From Dehalococcoidia bacterium (GTDB lineage: Bacteria > Chloroflexota > Dehalococcoidia > DSTF01 > RBG-16-68-14), in the NCBI GenBank assembly GCA_041497735.1, contig JBGQHA010000001.1, positions 1 through 45,720 on the forward strand: a stretch of DNA of 45,720 bases, given 5' to 3'. Made by a program: the position numbers and the translations under genes. Positions 34,611-39,717 of this stretch are shown piece after piece; within the stretch, counting starts at the first letter, position 1; each line of letters opens with the position of its first letter. Under the pieces are notes generated by a model. It searched no databases. It saw nothing but the letters and a program-made list of their open reading frames with translations, and was not told the origin of the DNA.

Positions 34611-35777
34611 ATGACGACGGCGGCAGCAGACGAACGGCGAACTGCGCGTGAGACGCAATGCGACGTCTCGGTCGTGCTGGCGTGCCTGAACGAGGTCGCG
34701 ACGGTCGCGGCGTGCGTGTCGAAGGCGCAGCGCTGGTTCCGCGATGCGGGCCTGCGCGGCGAGGTGATCGTCGTCGACAACGGTTCGACCGACGGGTCGC
34801 GCGAGGAAGCGGAGCGCGCGGGGGCTATCGTGGTCGACGAGCGGCTGCAGGGCTACGGCGCGGCACACCGTCGTGGCTTCGCGGAGGCGCGTGGCGAGTT
34901 CATCGTCATGGCGGACGCGGACGACACCTATGACCTGCTTCACCTCGATCCGCTGATCGAGCCGCTCCGCAACGGTTCCGACATGACGGTGGGCAATCGA
35001 TTGCAGAACCTGGCGCCGGGATCGATGACGTGGAGCCACCGCGTCATCGGCACGCCGGCGATCACGATGCTCCTCGGGCTGTTCGCGGGCGCGCGGGTTG
35101 GCGATAGCCAGTGTGGCCTACGCGCGTTCACCCGCGCGGCGTACGAAAAGATGGAGCTGCGCTCGGACGGCATGGAGCTGGCGTCCGAGATGATCCTCAA
35201 GGCCTCGAGGCGCGGGCTGCGCATCGCCGAGGTGCCGGTGCCCTACGCCGCGCGCCAGGGCGAAAGCAAGCTCAACACCTTCCGAGACGGCTGGCGCCAC
35301 CTGCGCTTCCTGCTGCTCAACACGCCTCTCTATCTCTTTCTCGTGCCGGGGCTCGTGCTCGTGCTGCTGGGCGCGCTGGCGCTCGGCGTCACGCTCGCTT
35401 CGCAGAGCGGCGTGCACATCGGCACGCTGAGGTGGCAGCCCGTGTTCGCGGGCGGCATCCTCCTGATCATCGGCGCGAACGCGATGATGATCGGCGTTTC
35501 GACGCACTTGTACGCGGCGAAGCGCAAGATCATCTCGGAAGACAGCCTAACCATCCTGTTCAACCGCCTCGTCACGCTGGAGCGCATGCTCGTGCTGGCG
35601 GCGTTGCTGATCCTGATCGGCGTCGGCCTGGACGGTGTGATCTTCTTCGAGTGGCTGGCGAAGCATCACTCCGGCCGCACCGAAGGCCTCGCGGCGACGG
35701 CGCAGACCGCCATCATTATCGGCGCGAACATGGCGCTGGGCGGCTTCCTGACCGCGCTGCTGATGGACGAACGCTAG
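34611..35777 (+). CDS. GT2 family polyprenyl-phosphate sugar synthase type with four C-terminal TM helices
   Basis: VSVVLACLNEVATVAACV ... VIVVDNGSTDGS ... IVMADADDTYD ... GDSQCGLRAF. The C-terminal region has LYLFLVPGLVLVLLGALALGV and three further helices. Confidence 0.8.
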   Translation: MTTAAADERRTARETQCDVSVVLACLNEVATVAACVSKAQRWFRDAGLRGEVIVVDNGSTDGSREEAERAGAIVVDERLQGYGAAHRRGFAEARGEFIVMADADDTYDLLHLDPLIEPLRNGSDMTVGNRLQNLAPGSMTWSHRVIGTPAITMLLGLFAGARVGDSQCGLRAFTRAAYEKMELRSDGMELASEMILKASRRGLRIAEVPVPYAARQGESKLNTFRDGWRHLRFLLLNTPLYLFLVPGLVLVLLGALALGVTLASQSGVHIGTLRWQPVFAGGILLIIGANAMMIGVSTHLYAAKRKIISEDSLTILFNRLVTLERMLVLAALLILIGVGLDGVIFFEWLAKHHSGRTEGLAATAQTAIIIGANMALGGFLTALLMDER

Positions 35778-35888
35778 ATGCCCGACGCACCGCTCGCGAG
35801 CGTGATCATCCTCGGCTACTGGGGCCGCGCGTTCGTCGATGGCTGCCTCTCCTCGGTGCTCGACCAGGAGCAAGGAGACGTCTTGTGA
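35778..35888 (+). pseudogene. 36-codon remnant of a GT2 glycosyltransferase N-terminus
   Basis: Hand translation: MPDAPLASVIILGYWGRAFVDGCLSSVLDQEQGDVL*. This is the first beta-alpha unit of a WbbL-like GT2 (compare VYIVVVNWNGWQHTVRCLKSLQ at 14765). It starts at TAGATG and ends in GTGA, which overlaps the next start. Confidence 0.5.
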
Positions 35889-36763
35889 TCTCCGTCGTCA
35901 TCCCAACCAAGAACGAAGCTGAGCGCATAGGACCCTGCCTGGAGGCGATTGCTCGCCAGCAACTGGATGATCACGACGTTCAGGTCATAGTGATCGATTC
36001 CGGATCGGAAGACGACACGGTGCAAATCGCCGAGGCGCACAGCGCGACCGTGCATCGCATTACTGCCGAGGAGTTCGGGCACGGCCGCACGCGCAATCTT
36101 GGCGCATGCCTCTCGAATGGTGAGGCGATCGTATTCTTGAATGCGGACGCCGAGCCGGCCGGTGAGCGCTGGCTGTCCGCGCTGATCACGCCGTTGAACA
36201 AGGATAAGGTCGTAGCCACTTATTCACGCCAGGTCGCCCGTCCCGACGCCAACCCTTGGGAGGCCAGCCTGCTTGGTCATCTCTATCCGGCCACGCCAGC
36301 CACCTGGTCGCTGGCGCACGCGCCTAAGGGCCTTCGCGTGGTCTTCAGCACCGTCGCGGGCGCCGTCACCCGACAGGCCTGGGAGCAGCACCCCTTTGAC
36401 CACACGATCGACATCGCCGAGGACCAGCAATGGGCAGAGGAGACACTGCGCTCTGGGTACTCAATCTGCTATACACCGGACTCGGTGGTTGTCCACTCGC
36501 ACAACTACGGTTTGCGCGACAGCTGGATCCGTTACCGTCGGCTGGGGCGCGTCCGGGCTACACGAGTCTCCACCGTGGCTGGCCCCGGACTCGGGCTCTC
36601 CTCCTCTCTGGCCTTAGCGCGTTTAGCTGCCAGCGATGTCCTTGGCGAGCTGCGCCGCGGCCATGTAATGAGCTCTCTCCACGCCGGCGCCGCCAACGGG
36701 TCACGCATACTTGGCTACACAGCAGGCATAGCCGAAGGGCGCCTTCGCGTCCGAAAGAAGTGA
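35885..36763 (+). CDS. GT2 family glycosyltransferase
   Basis: GTG at 35885 with AGGAG 7 nt upstream; the track ORF from 35111 is a shadow extension over the previous gene. ISVVIPTKNEAERIGPCLEAIARQ ... VIVIDSGSEDDT ... VFLNADAEP. Confidence 0.8.
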   Translation: MISVVIPTKNEAERIGPCLEAIARQQLDDHDVQVIVIDSGSEDDTVQIAEAHSATVHRITAEEFGHGRTRNLGACLSNGEAIVFLNADAEPAGERWLSALITPLNKDKVVATYSRQVARPDANPWEASLLGHLYPATPATWSLAHAPKGLRVVFSTVAGAVTRQAWEQHPFDHTIDIAEDQQWAEETLRSGYSICYTPDSVVVHSHNYGLRDSWIRYRRLGRVRATRVSTVAGPGLGLSSSLALARLAASDVLGELRRGHVMSSLHAGAANGSRILGYTAGIAEGRLRVRKK

Positions 36764-36837
36764 GCGGATAAGACAGGTGAGGCGCCGGTGCCTGCGCGGC
36801 TGTGGACGCGCAGCGCGGCGACGAGGTGAGGGCGGAC

Positions 36838-37818
36838 ATGGCTGAGTGGTCGTTCCTCGTTCCGCCCGGCATCAGCGTCACGCTGCGCGCCTCGAAGCGG
36901 CCGGCGCTGCTCGCCCGCTGCCTCGGCAACGAGGTCGCGCCGCACGTTGTACCCTCCCTCCTCTTGGAGTTGGGGACTGGCGAGCAGACGGATCAGGACG
37001 CGCAAGGCCGTTACAAGGGCGTCCCGTGGCGCTGCGGCGTGACGGCGCGACCCGATGGCCGGCTCGCGCTCTCCTGGCGCAGCCCGCTCCTGCGCGAGTA
37101 TCTCGCGCTGCACATCGCGCTGCTGCCGGCGCTCCGGCGCTTGCTCCTCCAGCGGGACGTCGCGCTGATCACGGGCGCGGCGTTCGCATCCGGCGGCGAT
37201 GCCACGGTGCTGGCCGGCGAGACCGGCTCGGGCAAGACGGCGCTGCTGCTGGCGGCGCTCGGGTCCGGCGCGCGTCTCGTAGGCGATGAGTACATCGGCG
37301 TTTCGGCGACAGGTGTTGTGACGCCCGTGCTGCGCGTCATCGCTTTACGGAGCGCGGCGCTCGGCGCTGTCCCTCAGCTCGGGCAACGTTTGTCTGCGCG
37401 CCGGCGGCTCGAGTTGCGGACAGCGACGACGGCAAGGCTGTTGACCGGCAGGCGTCTCGACCCGCTGGTACACGTTTCGCCGGATGAGCTCGGCATCGAG
37501 GGCGGTGCAACCGGCAGTGCGCTGTCACGGGTCGTCTGGCTCGAACGCGGCGATCGATCGGAACAGCGCAACGAAACCAGGCGCGTAGAGGACGTGATCG
37601 AGGCCCTCGCGCGCGCCGCTGCGCGGCACGACGACGTCTATAGCGTGCCCGCCGCGTTGCGAAGCGACGAGTCTGCCGCCGCGCGCTGGCGCGACGTGCT
37701 CGCGTCTGGCCTGCGCAATGTGCGCTGCCAGCGGCTCGCGCTTCCCGCCGGCCCGCTGCCGGCCGACATGCTGCGCCAGCTCATCGACGCTGAGCCCGTC
37801 GCGGAGCACACAGCGTGA
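36838..37818 (+). CDS. HprK-related P-loop kinase-like protein (HPr kinase C-terminal domain fold)
   Basis: LITGAAFASGGDATVLAGETGSGKTALLLAALGSGARLVGDEYIGV matches the HprK C-domain pattern (GxSGxGKS/T ... G..L..D). ATG 36838 behind GAGGG is chosen; the track start is a GTG at 36802. Confidence 0.65.
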   Translation: MAEWSFLVPPGISVTLRASKRPALLARCLGNEVAPHVVPSLLLELGTGEQTDQDAQGRYKGVPWRCGVTARPDGRLALSWRSPLLREYLALHIALLPALRRLLLQRDVALITGAAFASGGDATVLAGETGSGKTALLLAALGSGARLVGDEYIGVSATGVVTPVLRVIALRSAALGAVPQLGQRLSARRRLELRTATTARLLTGRRLDPLVHVSPDELGIEGGATGSALSRVVWLERGDRSEQRNETRRVEDVIEALARAAARHDDVYSVPAALRSDESAAARWRDVLASGLRNVRCQRLALPAGPLPADMLRQLIDAEPVAEHTA

Positions 37819-38453
37819 CCGAGACCTACGGCGCGAAGCGGCACTACCAGCGCCAGGAGATCGCTGCAGCGTATGATGACGCGCGGTTTCGCGGTCTGCG
37901 CGGCCGGTTCGTGAACCTACTCGAGCGGCGGCTCCTGATGCGCGCGATCGCCGGTCTGCCACACGGTGCGCTTGTGCTCGACCTGCCGACCGGCACGGGA
38001 CGGATGGCGCGCTGGCTCACGGAGGCCGGCTACCGCGTTGTCGGCACGGACATCTCGCTCCCCATGCTCGGTCGGGCGCGCGCGCTCTCGACCCAAGCGG
38101 CGCTCGTGCGCGGCGAAGGAGAGCGGCTGCCGTTCGCGGACAAGAGCGTCGATGCCGCTGTCTGCTTCCGGCTGCTGTCGCACCTGCCACGCGAGGCGCG
38201 CATTGCCGTGCTGCGCGAGATGGCCCGTGTCGCGCGAGAACGTGTCGTGGCCGTCTACCAACCGCATCGCGTGGCGGTCTGGTGGCTCGTGTACGGCCTG
38301 CTGCTGCGAAAGCCGGTGCCGCGCTACTACGTCTCCGCGGCAGATCTCGAGCAGGAGTTTGCGGAGAGCGGACTGCGTCCGGTTCGGAGCCACGCGCTGC
38401 TGCGAGGCCTGTTTATGGAGCGGGCGTACGTGCTGGCGCCCTCGCGTCGCTAG
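37815..38453 (+). CDS. Class I SAM-dependent methyltransferase (Methyltransf_11)
   Basis: The GTG overlaps the kinase stop (GTGA at 37815-37818). VLDLPTGTGRMARWL ... GTDISLPMLGRAR ... SVDAAVCFRLLSHL. Confidence 0.85.
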   Translation: MTETYGAKRHYQRQEIAAAYDDARFRGLRGRFVNLLERRLLMRAIAGLPHGALVLDLPTGTGRMARWLTEAGYRVVGTDISLPMLGRARALSTQAALVRGEGERLPFADKSVDAAVCFRLLSHLPREARIAVLREMARVARERVVAVYQPHRVAVWWLVYGLLLRKPVPRYYVSAADLEQEFAESGLRPVRSHALLRGLFMERAYVLAPSRR

Positions 38454-38642
38454 TACGGGGTCACGTTCATCTGCATGGGCTGTGACTGACCGGGCGGGAT
38501 GGCAGAGAGCGTGAGTCCTGCGATTGGTACATCAGTGTCGAGCTTCTGGACGATCTCGACTTTGTGCAGCCCCGCTGTGAGTGAGAACGTTGCTTCCAGT
38601 TGGTCCGGCCCCGAAAGCGGCGTCCGTTCCGACGCCACCTGC
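38425..38642. repeat. Diverged direct repeat R1, copy a (3' end of the methyltransferase gene plus a PA14 fragment)
   Basis: Aligns by eye with 39499-39717. Example: GCGTACGTGCTGGCGCC...GCTAGTACGGGGTCACGTTCATCTGCATGG against GCGTATGTGCTGGCGCC...GCTAGTACGGCGTCACGTTCATCTGCATGG. Long shared runs include GGTACATCAGTGTCGAGCTTCTG and GGCCCCGAAAGCGGCGTC. Confidence 0.8.
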
Positions 38643-38650
38643 TGCCAGCT
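38450..38650 (-). pseudogene. 3' fragment (about 66 codons) of a PA14-like domain, paralogous to the C-terminus of the 919-aa GT-C protein
   Basis: QVASERTPLSGPDQLEATFSLTAGLHKVEIVQKLDTDVPIAGLTLSAIPPGQSQPMQMNVTPY aligns with QVASEQTPLSGPGQLGATVSLTAGPHTLELVQKLDTDVPLAGIELSAFAPGQGKSMQMNVTPY at 39525-39720. The upstream part of the track ORF overlaps the lipoprotein gene and has no homology. Confidence 0.7.
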
Positions 38651-38681
38651 CCGGTCCTCCTGTGGTTGCAGCCTGCGCAGG

Positions 38682-39353
38682 TTACTGCTTGCTGAAGGCC
38701 AGGACGGGATGCAGCTCGATGCCGTTCGGCGCGACGCCGGCCTGGCCGTGGAGGAGGTCGAAGAAGCCGACGCCGGTGACGGTGACGATGCCGGAGATCT
38801 CCTGGAACTCGCCTCTAGGCGGAAGGCCAAAGGTGGCGATAAGTGTGGCGCGCGCATCGCGCATCTCCTGGGCATGGGGTGCGCCGGCGATCTCGGGACA
38901 GTTTTGGGCATCGGGAAACTCAGTGATCATGGTCACGGCGGGATTACTCGGCTCGGCGATGATGAGATGAATGTCGCGGTCGTCCTCTTGCTTGAACTCT
39001 ATGGCCTGCGCCGTAACGGAGTAAACCGTCAGCTCGATGGGCGCGTTGCGTGACTGTTCGGGCAGAGCCTGAGGGGCCGGCATGGAGCGCAACTCGTCGA
39101 CGCTAGCCGGGGCGGGCGCGAAGCTGATCAGGCCGGCGTCGTTATCCGTCAGGGTCTTGACCGGCCAGCGTTCCTCACCGCACGCTGGCTGCAGATCGGA
39201 GCCCGGCGCCACTGTCGCCGAGGTGAGAGTCCGGCTCGGAGACTGGGTGGGCTTCGCGGACTTGCCGTTGCCGCAGGCCACGACGAAGAGAGCGGCGCAC
39301 GCCACGAGCAGCATCGCGCCTGAACGGGCTAGGCGAGTCTCCTCCATGCGCAC
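38682..39353 (-). CDS. Secreted lipoprotein of unknown function
   Basis: Signal peptide with lipobox (MLLVACAALFVVAC|GNG). Conserved-looking core ERWPVKTLTD ... DRDIHLIIAEP ... VTGVGFFDLLHGQAGVAPNGIELHPVLAF. GTG 39353 lies 9 nt after an extended -10; an alternative ATG lies at 39347. Confidence 0.7.
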   Translation of the reverse strand: MRMEETRLARSGAMLLVACAALFVVACGNGKSAKPTQSPSRTLTSATVAPGSDLQPACGEERWPVKTLTDNDAGLISFAPAPASVDELRSMPAPQALPEQSRNAPIELTVYSVTAQAIEFKQEDDRDIHLIIAEPSNPAVTMITEFPDAQNCPEIAGAPHAQEMRDARATLIATFGLPPRGEFQEISGIVTVTGVGFFDLLHGQAGVAPNGIELHPVLAFSKQ

Positions 39354-39362
39354 GTAACCGGA

Positions 39363-39371
39363 GTTATAGCA
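39363..39371 (-). promoter_or_regulatory. Extended -10 element TGCTATAAC for the lipoprotein gene (near-leaderless)
   Basis: Reverse complement of GTTATAGCA at 39363-39371. The GTG start at 39353 lies 9 nt after the hexamer. Confidence 0.45.
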
Positions 39372-39498
39372 GATCCGTCAAGAGAGCGACCCCGGTCGTG
39401 TCATTCACAGGTACATCGTAGTCACTGCTAGATCGAAGATGACTGCACACCATGCCGGTGTGCGTCACAGCCTGCCGCGCGGCATCTGCAGCAATCGC

Positions 39499-39717
39499 GC
39501 GTATGTGCTGGCGCCCGTACGGCGCTAGTACGGCGTCACGTTCATCTGCATGGACTTCCCCTGGCCCGGCGCGAACGCCGAGAGCTCTATTCCCGCGAGT
39601 GGTACATCAGTGTCGAGCTTCTGCACCAGCTCGAGCGTGTGGGGCCCCGCTGTGAGTGAAACCGTGGCCCCCAGTTGGCCCGGCCCCGAAAGCGGCGTCT
39701 GTTCTGACGCCACCTGC
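39499..39717. repeat. Diverged direct repeat R1, copy b (last about 10 codons of a methyltransferase plus the intact 3' end of the 919-aa gene)
   Basis: See copy a. Includes the relic reading frame AYVLAPVRR*, matching AYVLAPSRR* at the end of 37815-38453. Confidence 0.8.

Noticed and set aside
36467-36475. TGCTATACA inside the GT2 CDS, considered as an internal promoter for the kinase-methyltransferase pair.
   Set aside because: It is intragenic, the hexamer is weaker (TATACA), and it lies about 360 nt from the kinase start. A chance occurrence cannot be excluded, so it is mentioned only as something to check with TSS data.
31372-37818. A canonical GAK system (ATP-grasp, amphipathic-helix/XXXCH protein, HprK-related kinase B, CofD-like).
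   Set aside because: Only two of the four marker types are present, and they are not adjacent. No ATP-grasp fold protein is encoded anywhere in the window. It is therefore reported only as a partial resemblance.
38450-38911. A full-length 153-aa ORF on the minus strand.
   Set aside because: Only the last roughly 66 codons are homologous to anything (the PA14-like C-terminus). The upstream 87 codons are Ser/Pro/Ala/Arg-rich and overlap the lipoprotein CDS in another frame. It is annotated as a gene fragment instead.
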